NCBI GenBank assembly: GCA_051252135.1
Contig: JBPOGH010000009.1
Location: 64,001-128,000, forward strand
Source of the DNA: Verrucomicrobiaceae bacterium
Lineage (GTDB): Bacteria > Verrucomicrobiota > Verrucomicrobiia > Verrucomicrobiales > Akkermansiaceae
Direction of reading: 5' to 3'
Length of the DNA stretch: 64,000 nt
Positions 9,016 to 18,209 of the stretch are shown here, piece by piece. A model generated the notes under the pieces. That model made no database searches. It saw only the letters and a program-made list of their open reading frames with translations, and had not been told where the DNA came from. How positions within the stretch are numbered: position 1 is the first letter of the stretch; each line of letters starts with the position of its first letter. The position numbers and the translations under genes are program-made.

Positions 9016-10290
9016 ATGATGAATCGAGTGGATGGATTAAGAAGGAGGGAGGAGTTGCTTGAGTTTGTGCAAGCGGCAGGGGGCGAGGTGGCATTTTTGC
9101 GCTTTGAGGTGGCGGGGCTGGAGCAGCGGGAGGATAGTGATTGGGATGTGGCGGTGAGGGATGGGGAGGCGATGAGGCGGGTGGCTGGTGAGCGTTATGG
9201 GAAGCCGCTGCTTGAGGTGCGCCGGCAGTATGTGGAGCAGCGGTACTATGAGTGGGGGCAGTTGGATTTTCTGCCGGTGTTTGAGTGGAACGGGTTTTGT
9301 TATTTGGGTCAGGAGCGTTTTTGGGGTGGCGTTTCGACGGGGGAGGATGGGATTCCGAGGCCGAGGGTTGGTCATGACGGGTTTGTGGTGTGGATGACGG
9401 GGTTGTTGTGGGGAGGGGTTTACAATGAGCGGTATGATGGGTTGTTGAAGGAGGCGGTGGAGGGTGACGGGGAGGAGTTTCGGGAGTGTTTGGTTGAGGT
9501 GTTTGGGGAGGCTTTGGGCGGGGAGTTGTATGGGTTGGCGGAGGCGGGAGATTTTGGCGGGGCGGTGGAGTGGGTGGGCCGGATGCGGTGGAAGTTGGCT
9601 TTGGGGAATGTGGGGCGTGACGGGGCGGATGCGATTTTCCGGGTGGTGAGTCATTGGCGGGTGGAGTGGGGTCATCATTGGGATCCGCCTTTTCCATGGG
9701 TGGCGTTTTTAGGACCGGACGGGAGCGGGAAGTCGACGGTGATTGACGGGGTGAAGGAGCGATTCCGGCGGTCGCGGATCGGGATCAAGCATGTGCACTG
9801 GAGGCCGAAGTTGAGAGGCGGGGATGATGATCCGGGGATGGTGGTGGATGATCCCCATGGTGCACCGCAGCGGGGGAAGTTGGTTTCTTTGGTGGCGTTG
9901 GTGTTGTTGGTGCTGCGGTGGTGGGCAGGGTTGGTTTGTAAGATTTGGCATGTGCGAGCGAAGAAGGCGATGATGCTGTCCGACCGTTATTATTTGGATC
10001 TTTTGGCGGATTCCCGGCGGTATCGTTTTGGGCTTCCGCTGTGGTGCGCGCGTTGGGCGTTTGGGCTGATTCCGCGGCCGCAGTTTACGATGGTGCTTTT
10101 GACGGATGCGGAGACGATTTTGGCGCGGAAGGCGGAGGTGCCTAAGGAGGAGCTGGAGCGGCAGTTGGTGGCGTATCGGGAGCTGGCGGAGTCGATGGGC
10201 GAGCGGGCGTGTGTTTTGGATGTTTCGAGGTCTCCGGAGGTGGTGATTGGGGAGGCTTTTGAGAAGATTACGGGTGTGATGAGAGGATGA
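9016..10290 (+). CDS. Nucleotidyltransferase-fold plus thymidylate-kinase-like fusion protein
   Basis: N-terminal SDWDV; C-terminal P-loop GPDGSGKST, SDRY and ILARK. ATG 9016 avoids overlap with the GT2. Confidence 0.7.
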   Translation: MMNRVDGLRRREELLEFVQAAGGEVAFLRFEVAGLEQREDSDWDVAVRDGEAMRRVAGERYGKPLLEVRRQYVEQRYYEWGQLDFLPVFEWNGFCYLGQERFWGGVSTGEDGIPRPRVGHDGFVVWMTGLLWGGVYNERYDGLLKEAVEGDGEEFRECLVEVFGEALGGELYGLAEAGDFGGAVEWVGRMRWKLALGNVGRDGADAIFRVVSHWRVEWGHHWDPPFPWVAFLGPDGSGKSTVIDGVKERFRRSRIGIKHVHWRPKLRGGDDDPGMVVDDPHGAPQRGKLVSLVALVLLVLRWWAGLVCKIWHVRAKKAMMLSDRYYLDLLADSRRYRFGLPLWCARWAFGLIPRPQFTMVLLTDAETILARKAEVPKEELERQLVAYRELAESMGERACVLDVSRSPEVVIGEAFEKITGVMRG

Positions 10291-11435
10291 TGAGTGAGGG
10301 GAATTCCATACGGGTGGCGCACTACATGCCGCCGTATCCGGCGTGCGATGGGTCGAGTGCGTTTTGCCGCGGGCTTTCGCGTGCGATGAACCGGATGGAG
10401 CGGGGGAGTTGCCCGATCATTACGTGTCGCGAGGGGGCGGAGGAGCATGAGGATGAGGAGTTGCTGCGGTATCGTCGGGTGTCGAGGAATCCGTTTTCGT
10501 TACCGGAGGGGCTGGCGGAGGACCTGGAGAGCAATCGGCACGGTTTGGACGGGGTGGTTTTGCATGGAACGTATAATCCTCCGATGGTGGGTTTGGCGGG
10601 GGTGTTGAGGAAGCTGAAGATTCCTTATTTGTTTGTGCCCCATGATCCGTATCCGCCTGCGTTGCGGAAGCATCATTGGGTGCGGAAGGCGGTGTTCTGG
10701 AAGATTTTTGAGAAGGGGATGATCGAGTCTGCGAGGGCGTTGCAATTACTGGATGAAAGCCATGAGCGATTTATCCGGGAGTTGGGGTGCGAGGTGGAGA
10801 CGGTGGTTTTGCCAAACGGTTGTGAGCCCGAGATGCTTGCGGATCTGGAGGGTGAGCCGGAGAGGAGTGAGGGGAGAGAGAGGGCCCGGGTGTTTTATTT
10901 GGGCCGGATGGACCGGAATCACAAGGGGTTGGATTTGTTGATTGAGGGGTTTGGTTTGTTTTTGAAGAAGACGGGTGCGGAGGCGGAGTTGGTGCTAACG
11001 GGTAATGATTGGCATGACCGGGAGGAGTTGGAGAATTTGGCGAAGGAGTTGGGTTTGGAGGAGAGGGTGATTTTTACGGGGAGGAGCAAGAGGCCGTCGG
11101 TTTGTCTGCATCGGGAGGCGGATCTGGTGGTGCTGCCATCAAGGTTTGATGGCTTTGGTCTGACGATTGTGGAGGCGATGTTGGTGGGGCGCCCGGTGTT
11201 GGTTTCACGGGAGGCGGGGGTGGCGCGGCATGTGGAGCGGGCGGGCGGGGGATGGGTGGTGAAGCCGGAGGCGGGTGAGATCGCGCTTGGGTTGGAGAGT
11301 GCGTTTGCGGATCGGGGGAAGTGGGGTGAGTTCGGGGAGAAGAATCGTGATTACGTGTTGAATCATTTGACCTGGGATCAGGTGGCGACGCGGACGTTTG
11401 AGGTTTATCGGGAGATTTTTGGAGCAGGACGATGA
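10287..11435 (+). CDS. Glycosyltransferase family 4
   Basis: YLGRMDRNHKGLDLL and LPSRFDGFGLTIVEAM motifs. Confidence 0.9.
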   Translation: MMSEGNSIRVAHYMPPYPACDGSSAFCRGLSRAMNRMERGSCPIITCREGAEEHEDEELLRYRRVSRNPFSLPEGLAEDLESNRHGLDGVVLHGTYNPPMVGLAGVLRKLKIPYLFVPHDPYPPALRKHHWVRKAVFWKIFEKGMIESARALQLLDESHERFIRELGCEVETVVLPNGCEPEMLADLEGEPERSEGRERARVFYLGRMDRNHKGLDLLIEGFGLFLKKTGAEAELVLTGNDWHDREELENLAKELGLEERVIFTGRSKRPSVCLHREADLVVLPSRFDGFGLTIVEAMLVGRPVLVSREAGVARHVERAGGGWVVKPEAGEIALGLESAFADRGKWGEFGEKNRDYVLNHLTWDQVATRTFEVYREIFGAGR

Positions 11436-12664
11436 AGGTGTTGGTCAGTGCTTATGCGTGCGAACCCGGGAGGGGGGCAGAGCCGGGGGTGGGCTGGAAT
11501 ATTGTGAAGGGTTTGAGTGCGAAGCATGAGCTTTGGGTGCTGACGCGGTCGGACAATGAGGAGGTGATTGCGGGTTCGGGCGAGGAGTGGGTGGCGAGGG
11601 TGAATTGGGTGTATCTGGATCCGCCGCGATGGTTGACGTTTTGGAAGAGGGGGCGGCGGGGGTTGATGTTGTTTTATTTTTTGTGGCAGTGGACGGCGTT
11701 GTTTCGGGCGAAGGCTCTGATGGAGGAGCAGGATGAGGGGTTCGATTTGGTTCATCATTTGACCTTTGGGTCGGTGGTGCCGGCGAGTCCGCTGGCTTTG
11801 CTGGGAAGGCCGATGGTATACGGTCCCTTGGGCGGGGCGGAGAACCCACCCGAGGAGTTGGAGCAAAGTATGCCCTGGCGGCTGAGGTGGAAGGTGTGGC
11901 GGCGGAGGTTGATTCACGGGGTGGCGTTTGTGGTCTCCCGGGCCGGTCATGTTTACCGGGATTCGGCATGGGTGCTGGCAGCGACTCCGCAGGCGGCGCA
12001 ATTTTTCCGCGAGGTGGGAGCGAAGGGGGTGAGTGTGCTGCCGCAGTCGGGGATCGGGGATGATGAGGTGACGAGATTTGGGGAGAGGAATCGATTGGCG
12101 GGGAGGGCGGGTCCCATCAGGTTGGTGTGCGCGAGTCGATTGATTTACTGGAAGGGGGTGGATCTGGCGATCGAGGGAGTTGCGCGCGCGGTGGAGTCCG
12201 GAGTGGATGTGGAGCTGGATATTTTGGAGATGGGGCCTGAGCGGGAGGCTTTGGAGGAGTTGGTGGCGAAAAACGGGTTGGAGGAACGGGTGCGGTTTCG
12301 CGGGCGTTTGGAATCACTGGAGGAAGTGTATGCGTTGATCGGGAAAGCTGATGCGCTGGTTCATCTGGCGATTCACGAGGCATTTGGTCAGGCGTGTTTG
12401 GAGAGTATGGCATTGGGAGTGCCGGTGATTTGTTTGGATTGGGCCGGGCCGGGGATGCTGGTCAGTGAGGAGTCGGGGTATCCCATTCCGGTGGGGAGCA
12501 GGGAGGAAGTTTTGGATGGAGTGGCTGATGCGATTTTGCGTTGTGGTGGAGAGCGGGGTCAGGGCGAAGGTAAGTCCGAGAAGGCACGTGAGAGGGCGCG
12601 ATTGTTTCTTTGGGAGGGCGTGGTGAAAGGTGTCCTTGAGAGTTATAAAGTCGTGAATGATTAA
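11432..12664 (+). CDS. Glycosyltransferase family 4 (paralog of 812..2047)
   Basis: SAYACEPGRGAEPGVGW, HHLTF, GPLGG and HEAFGQACLESMA. Confidence 0.9.
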   Translation: MKVLVSAYACEPGRGAEPGVGWNIVKGLSAKHELWVLTRSDNEEVIAGSGEEWVARVNWVYLDPPRWLTFWKRGRRGLMLFYFLWQWTALFRAKALMEEQDEGFDLVHHLTFGSVVPASPLALLGRPMVYGPLGGAENPPEELEQSMPWRLRWKVWRRRLIHGVAFVVSRAGHVYRDSAWVLAATPQAAQFFREVGAKGVSVLPQSGIGDDEVTRFGERNRLAGRAGPIRLVCASRLIYWKGVDLAIEGVARAVESGVDVELDILEMGPEREALEELVAKNGLEERVRFRGRLESLEEVYALIGKADALVHLAIHEAFGQACLESMALGVPVICLDWAGPGMLVSEESGYPIPVGSREEVLDGVADAILRCGGERGQGEGKSEKARERARLFLWEGVVKGVLESYKVVND

Positions 12665-12737
12665 TGGTAAATCTAACGAGACCAAAAGGTTGTTGAGTTA
12701 ATATTTTTAGAGGTTTAGAAACCTGCGGTTACCAATT

Positions 12738-14876
12738 GTGAATAGTTTTCAATCAAGCGAGCGAGCCGGAATCGGCCATGGGTACCTGTGGTCATTGGTG
12801 GTGATGTTCTTTTTCTTATGGAGTTCCCGGGCTCCCGGGATGTTGGATTTCAATGGGGACGGGATGTCGGAGATGTGGAAGCTGATGAATCCCGGCCTCG
12901 AAGAGGGGGGGGATTTTGATGGTGACGGAAGGTCCAATTTCTTGGAGTCGATTTCGGGCACCGATCCTGCGAATGGGGGTGATTTTCTGAAGATTCAATC
13001 GGTGAGGATTGAGGGAGAGGAAATCAAGATTCAATGGAATGGTGTGGAGGGGAAGGTGTATACGGTGCAGAAGCTCGAGAGTAATCCTCAGGAATGGGTG
13101 GATGTTTTAGTGGTGCCAGCTGGCGGGATCGCCCGGGTGCTGGAGGTCGGGGTGCCCCTGAGTGAGGAATCCGAGTTTTTTCGAGTGTCGGTTGTTGATG
13201 TCGATGCGGACCAGGATGGGTTGACGGCCTGGGAGGAGGCGCAGTTGGGTTGGAGCGACGAAGATGCTTTTAGTTCGGGGATGGGCGAAGGAGGGGATTA
13301 CGAAGAGGCGTTGAGATTACTGGAGAGCGAAAGTGGTGCTCCATTGGCGTCGGGTGGGGTTTTGCCCCGGAGACGGCCTTCGGAGGAAGAGGCTTCGCGG
13401 TTTTTGGTCCAGGCTTCATTTGGTCCGACCACGGAGTCGATTGAGGAGGTTGCGGATAACGGGATGCTGAACTGGTTTGATGATCAGATGTCACTTCCGG
13501 TGTCGAAGACCCAGACGAGCATGTTTGCGACGGGCAAATCGTGGAGTGCGACGTTGTGGCGCCATGGGTGGTGGCGATCTGCGATTGTGGCGCCGGATCA
13601 ATTGCGCCACAGAATGGCGTATGCCCTGAGTCAAATTCTTGTGGTGAACACGGAGCCCGGCACGGTTGTGGGTGATAATTCCCTGACGCAGGCCATTTAC
13701 TATGATGGTTACCTTGATCGGAGCTTTGGGGAGTACCGCGATCTATTGGATTTTGTCACCTATAGCCCGGTGATGGGTTTTTATTTGTCCCATTTGAACA
13801 ACCGGAAGAGTGATCCGAGTGTGGGGCGGTTCCCGGATGAGAACTATGCGCGGGAGATTATGCAGCTCTTTTCGATCGGGCTCTGGGAGCTGAATCAGGA
13901 CGGGAGCAGGAAGGTGGATGGCGAGGGTAATTTTATCAGCACCTATGATAACGGGGTGATTACCGAACTGGCGAAGGTCTTTACCGGAATGAGTCATTCG
14001 TATTCGCTGGGGAAGGTTGCAACGAGCTTTTATGATCCGGTCTATGGGAACGATTATCAAAAGCCCTTGAAAGTGTGGGATGAGGAGCACGAGCAGGGGG
14101 AGAAGGTTCTGTTTGGCGGGGTGGTGGTGCCGGCAGGTCAAACCGGAGAAGAGGATGTGCAGCAGACCTTGGATGCGTTGTGCGAGCATCCTAATGTGGG
14201 GCCGTTCATGGCGCGGCTTCTCATTCAGCGATTCACGACGTCGAATCCCAGTCCCCAGTATATTTCGCGGGTTTCTGAGATTTGGCAACGGAGTGAGGGC
14301 GATTTGGGTCGGGTCGTCAGGGCGATTATTTTTGACCCTGAAGCGCGGACCCCCAATAGGGCCGGGGATTCGAGGGGGATGGTGAGGGAGCCGTTGTTGA
14401 GGCTGGTGCATTTGCAACGGGCGTTTGCGAAACCGGATTCAGACGGGAAATACGGGGTGCAAGCCAACACCTTGAAGGAAGCGTTTGGGCAGTTTGCGAT
14501 GTCCGCGCCCACGGTATTCAATTTTTATAGTCCGGATCATTCTCCGGAGGGAGAGCTGAGGGAGATGGGATTGTTTGCGCCGGAGATAGAGATTGCCACG
14601 ACGGGCAGCTTGTTGGCGACCCATGATGAGCTGAGGAACAGCGCATTCTACGGGCATTGGAGTAGTCCCATTAGTTATCAGGATGAGGAGGCGATGATTG
14701 ATGATCTGGATATGGTGATGGATCATCTGGATGTTTTGCTGACCTACGGGACGTTGCCGGAGGACCAGAAGGCTTTGATCAAGGGGCAGATGGCGACGTA
14801 TTCTTCCGTAACCCAACGGGTGCAGGTGGCGGTTCAGTTAATTGTGACATCGCCTACTTTTTCCGTTCTCAAATAG
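12738..14876 (+). CDS. DUF1800 family protein with an N-terminal extension
   Basis: ASRFLVQASFGPT, DQLRHRMAYALSQI and PDENYAREIMQLFSIGL. Directly upstream of DUF1501. Confidence 0.9.
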   Translation: MNSFQSSERAGIGHGYLWSLVVMFFFLWSSRAPGMLDFNGDGMSEMWKLMNPGLEEGGDFDGDGRSNFLESISGTDPANGGDFLKIQSVRIEGEEIKIQWNGVEGKVYTVQKLESNPQEWVDVLVVPAGGIARVLEVGVPLSEESEFFRVSVVDVDADQDGLTAWEEAQLGWSDEDAFSSGMGEGGDYEEALRLLESESGAPLASGGVLPRRRPSEEEASRFLVQASFGPTTESIEEVADNGMLNWFDDQMSLPVSKTQTSMFATGKSWSATLWRHGWWRSAIVAPDQLRHRMAYALSQILVVNTEPGTVVGDNSLTQAIYYDGYLDRSFGEYRDLLDFVTYSPVMGFYLSHLNNRKSDPSVGRFPDENYAREIMQLFSIGLWELNQDGSRKVDGEGNFISTYDNGVITELAKVFTGMSHSYSLGKVATSFYDPVYGNDYQKPLKVWDEEHEQGEKVLFGGVVVPAGQTGEEDVQQTLDALCEHPNVGPFMARLLIQRFTTSNPSPQYISRVSEIWQRSEGDLGRVVRAIIFDPEARTPNRAGDSRGMVREPLLRLVHLQRAFAKPDSDGKYGVQANTLKEAFGQFAMSAPTVFNFYSPDHSPEGELREMGLFAPEIEIATTGSLLATHDELRNSAFYGHWSSPISYQDEEAMIDDLDMVMDHLDVLLTYGTLPEDQKALIKGQMATYSSVTQRVQVAVQLIVTSPTFSVLK

Positions 14877-14886
14877 TTTTTTAACG

Positions 14887-16293
14887 ATGATTGATTCTTC
14901 CAACCGGACGAGACGAAAATTCCTTGGCGAGGCGAGTTGCGGAGCAATTGGTTCTGTCTCCGCTTTGTCCTCTTTGATGAATTTGACGGTGACGCAGGCG
15001 CTGGCGGAGGAGCAGGGAGAGGCCGCGGGGGACTATCGGGCGTTGGTTTGTGTGTTTTTGGCAGGAGGAAATGATTCGTTCAATATGCTCACTCCGAACA
15101 GTGGTGATGGCTATGCGGAGTATCAAGCTGCGCGTGGGGGGTTGGCTTTACCAGCGGAGTCCTTGCTGGACCTTTCTTATGCGGTGCCGGATGGGCGGGA
15201 TTTGGGTCTGGCGGGTCAGATGCCGGCATTGAAGGATCTGTTCACGGGCGGCAAGGCGTCCTTCGTGGCGAATGTCGGGACTTTGGTGGAGCCAACGAGC
15301 CTGGCGGGGATTCAAGCCGGTTCCGTGGAGTTGCCGCTGGGGTTGTATTCTCATTTTGACCAGCAGTTGCATTGGCAGTCCGGTCTTCCGGATACGAGGG
15401 GGCCTGATTCCGGATGGGGAGGGCGGATGTCCTCCCTTCTCAATGATTTGAATGGGTCGAGCAAGGTGTCGATGAACCTTTCGCTCTCCGGAGTGAACAT
15501 GTTCCAAAGTGGATCGCCGAATGGGATTTTCACAAAGAAAGTAGGCAGTACACCGGGTTTGGTGAGTTGGAACAGCGCCTGGTATGCGGGCATGAGGCAG
15601 AAGGTGGAATCCATTTTGGAAGCGGAGTACGCCAATGTGTTTGAGAGGGTTTTGGCGGACAAGACGGTGAATGCGATTGAGACCGGGGAAGAGTATCGGT
15701 TGGCATTGGAGGCTTGTCCGGCTCCCGATTGGGGATTCACCGAAACGAATGGTTTGTCGGTGAAGTTGAGGGAGGTTGCGGAGTCGATCCTGGCGAGAGG
15801 GGAGCTGGGGATGCGGCGCCAGACGTTTTTTGTCACGGTGGGTGGTTGGGACCATCATGGCTCTCTGGATCCTCATCCCGCGATGTTGGGTGAGTTGAGT
15901 CAGGCGGTGGGTGAATTTTACGGTGCTTTGGAGCAGATGGGGGTTGAGAATGATGTCACTTTGTTCTCGGCTTCCGACTTTGGAAGAACCCTGTCGTCCA
16001 ACGGAGGAGGGACCGATCATGGTTGGGGAGGGAATCAGTTTGTGGTGGGTGGAGCTGTGGACGGGGGCAAAGTTTTTGGGACCTACCCGCATTTGGCATC
16101 GGGTTCCCAGTTTGATGTGGGTCGGGGTCGGTTGATTCCGACGACTCCGGTGGATGAGTATTTTGCGGATTTGGCGCTTTGGATGGGGGTCAGTGTGTCC
16201 GATTTGAATCAGGTTCTTCCGAATCTTGGCAGGTTCCATGATGTTGCATCGAATGGAGCGCCTCTGGGGTTGATGAAGAATGAGGTTTTGTGA
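14887..16293 (+). CDS. DUF1501 family protein, Tat-exported
   Basis: TRRKFL twin-arginine signal; YRALVCVFLAGGNDSFN, GGWDHH, SDFGRTL and GTDHGWG. Confidence 0.9.
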   Translation: MIDSSNRTRRKFLGEASCGAIGSVSALSSLMNLTVTQALAEEQGEAAGDYRALVCVFLAGGNDSFNMLTPNSGDGYAEYQAARGGLALPAESLLDLSYAVPDGRDLGLAGQMPALKDLFTGGKASFVANVGTLVEPTSLAGIQAGSVELPLGLYSHFDQQLHWQSGLPDTRGPDSGWGGRMSSLLNDLNGSSKVSMNLSLSGVNMFQSGSPNGIFTKKVGSTPGLVSWNSAWYAGMRQKVESILEAEYANVFERVLADKTVNAIETGEEYRLALEACPAPDWGFTETNGLSVKLREVAESILARGELGMRRQTFFVTVGGWDHHGSLDPHPAMLGELSQAVGEFYGALEQMGVENDVTLFSASDFGRTLSSNGGGTDHGWGGNQFVVGGAVDGGKVFGTYPHLASGSQFDVGRGRLIPTTPVDEYFADLALWMGVSVSDLNQVLPNLGRFHDVASNGAPLGLMKNEVL

Positions 16294-16434
16294 TGTGGTC
16301 CGGCGGGATTCGAGATTTTGATTTACGTATCGTGATGGGCCTGATGCTTTAGGTTCATAGAATAATTAGTCGAGGCGAAGAAGCGAGTGAGCCTGCCAGA
16401 CGATTAACGGCCTGAATTTTTGAATAGAGACGCG

Positions 16435-17424
16435 ATGAACGTTGAGACAGACCAAGAGAACAGCCCTTCACCAACCTTGGGCAGTTTTTTCCAAGACACG
16501 TCGAAGGAGCGTCTTTTATTGGGGGCATTGGCTCTTTTGTTGGGGTATTTTTATTTGGTGTATCACGCCTTTCCCACGACGAACGGGAAGTCGTTATCGG
16601 GTTGGACCTGGTATGCCTGTAATTCCCAGACGGGATTCCTCCATGGTCGTTTTATCCCGATCGCTTTCATTGCGATGGCGGTCCTTGCGTGGAAAAAAGT
16701 CAGGGATATGCCGATGCGACCCAATGCATGGGGCATTGTCGCGGTGGGATTCGGGCTGCTGCTTTATTTGATGGCGGTCAGGACGGTTCAGCCACGTCTG
16801 GCGTTGATGGGGATTCCGTTTCTGATTTCCGGGCTGGTGCTGTATGTGGCGGGGTACGAGGTCATGAAGCACTTTTTGTTTCCGGCCTTTTTCTGGGTGT
16901 TTGCGATTCCGGTTCCGGGACTGGAGACGGCCTTGACAGGGGGGCTTCAGATTTTAACGACGCAATCGTGTTACCATGTGGGTGTTTTATTGGGGATGGA
17001 TCTGACTCTGGATGGTTCCAACATTTATCTGAACTCGGACAAGAATTCCAATTTCAACATTGCCGAGGGGTGTAGTGGGATCCGTTCGTTGATGGCGCTG
17101 ACGATGATTGCGGCGGTGTTTGGAAATTACACCCAGAAGCCGCTTTGGAAGAAGGCCTTGGTTTTTGCGTCGGCCTTACCGTTGGCGATCATTGGGAACT
17201 TTGGCAGGATTTTCACGATTCTGGTCATCGCGAGTTTGGGTTTTGAGGATTTTGCGAAGCGGACCTATCATGATTGGGCGGGGCTTCTGCTGTTCTTTCC
17301 GATTGCTCTTTCCGGCTTGTATTTGATCGATTACCTTCTGAATATCAAGGATCGGCGGAGAAAGCGGGTGAAGAAAACGGTGAAAACGAGTTCTAAAAAG
17401 AAAGGGGAAAATGCTCCCGCATGA
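16435..17424 (+). CDS. Exosortase (EpsH family)
   Basis: Multi-TM protein with Cys-Arg-His triad motifs AEGCSGIRSL, GNFGRI and YHD. Followed by EpsI. Confidence 0.9.
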   Translation: MNVETDQENSPSPTLGSFFQDTSKERLLLGALALLLGYFYLVYHAFPTTNGKSLSGWTWYACNSQTGFLHGRFIPIAFIAMAVLAWKKVRDMPMRPNAWGIVAVGFGLLLYLMAVRTVQPRLALMGIPFLISGLVLYVAGYEVMKHFLFPAFFWVFAIPVPGLETALTGGLQILTTQSCYHVGVLLGMDLTLDGSNIYLNSDKNSNFNIAEGCSGIRSLMALTMIAAVFGNYTQKPLWKKALVFASALPLAIIGNFGRIFTILVIASLGFEDFAKRTYHDWAGLLLFFPIALSGLYLIDYLLNIKDRRRKRVKKTVKTSSKKKGENAPA

Positions 17425-18209
17425 AGCAGAGAATCATCATTCTATTGTTGTTTGTGGGGACCTTTCTTACGGGTCTTGCACTGATCCCCGAGACTCCTGC
17501 GATGAAGCCCTCGAGGCTTTCGCGGAGGTTGCCCGAGTCATTTGAGAGGTGGCAGGGAAGCCCTCAGGAGCCGTCATTGGAGGAAAAGCAGAAATTGGCC
17601 GGAGACACTGATTTCGAGAGGATGAGTTATCGTGATACTTCCGGCACTCTTCCCGCGGTGGAAGCTTCGATTGTTTTTTCAGGGAAGAGCCTGAGCCAGA
17701 GTATTCATCGTCCGGAAGTGTGTTTCCGGGCACAGGGGTGGAAGTTTGAGAGTGAGACGTATTTGGTGCTGGAGGGGGTGATGCCTGATGGGGGTGATCT
17801 TCCGGTGAAGGAGATTATTTGTTCACGCATCTGGACGCGAGAGAATGAGGAGGGGAAGCAGGAGCCGATTGTTCTTTCCAACGGGGAAACCGCGCAGATA
17901 TGGCGGGCATTCTATTACACGTTCTTTGGGCATGAGGCGATTGTCCCCGGTCATTATCAGAGGACGGTGGAGGACATCAAAGACCGACTTTTCAAGGGGC
18001 ATGACCAGCGGTGGGCCTATGCGACCTTTGCCTCCTTCATCAATTCGAAGCACGCCGAGCAAGGGTTGCCGATTGGGAACGTGACGGTTCTTGACGAAGT
18101 GGGCACCAAGGCTCATATCGCGGCTTTCCTGAAGGAGTTGCTTCCCCTGGTTTTATCGGAACCGGGAGAGGGGTATGATCCTTCACTTGTTGGGGGAAAT
18201 AAATTATGA
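17421..18209 (+). CDS. Exosortase-associated EpsI family protein
   Basis: SIHRPEVCFRAQGW motif, N-terminal TM, and ATGA coupling to the exosortase. Confidence 0.85.
   Translation: MKQRIIILLLFVGTFLTGLALIPETPAMKPSRLSRRLPESFERWQGSPQEPSLEEKQKLAGDTDFERMSYRDTSGTLPAVEASIVFSGKSLSQSIHRPEVCFRAQGWKFESETYLVLEGVMPDGGDLPVKEIICSRIWTRENEEGKQEPIVLSNGETAQIWRAFYYTFFGHEAIVPGHYQRTVEDIKDRLFKGHDQRWAYATFASFINSKHAEQGLPIGNVTVLDEVGTKAHIAAFLKELLPLVLSEPGEGYDPSLVGGNKL

Noticed and set aside
9016..10290. Annotation as housekeeping tmk
   Set aside because: It has a long extra N-terminal domain and a hydrophobic insert and lies in a glycan locus, so the symbol was withheld.
764..12685. Long minus-strand Pro/His/Gln-rich ORFs (e.g. 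764..2005, 2823..4142, 4615..6003)
   Set aside because: They are antisense shadows of well-supported GT-locus genes, produced by codon bias, with no motifs.
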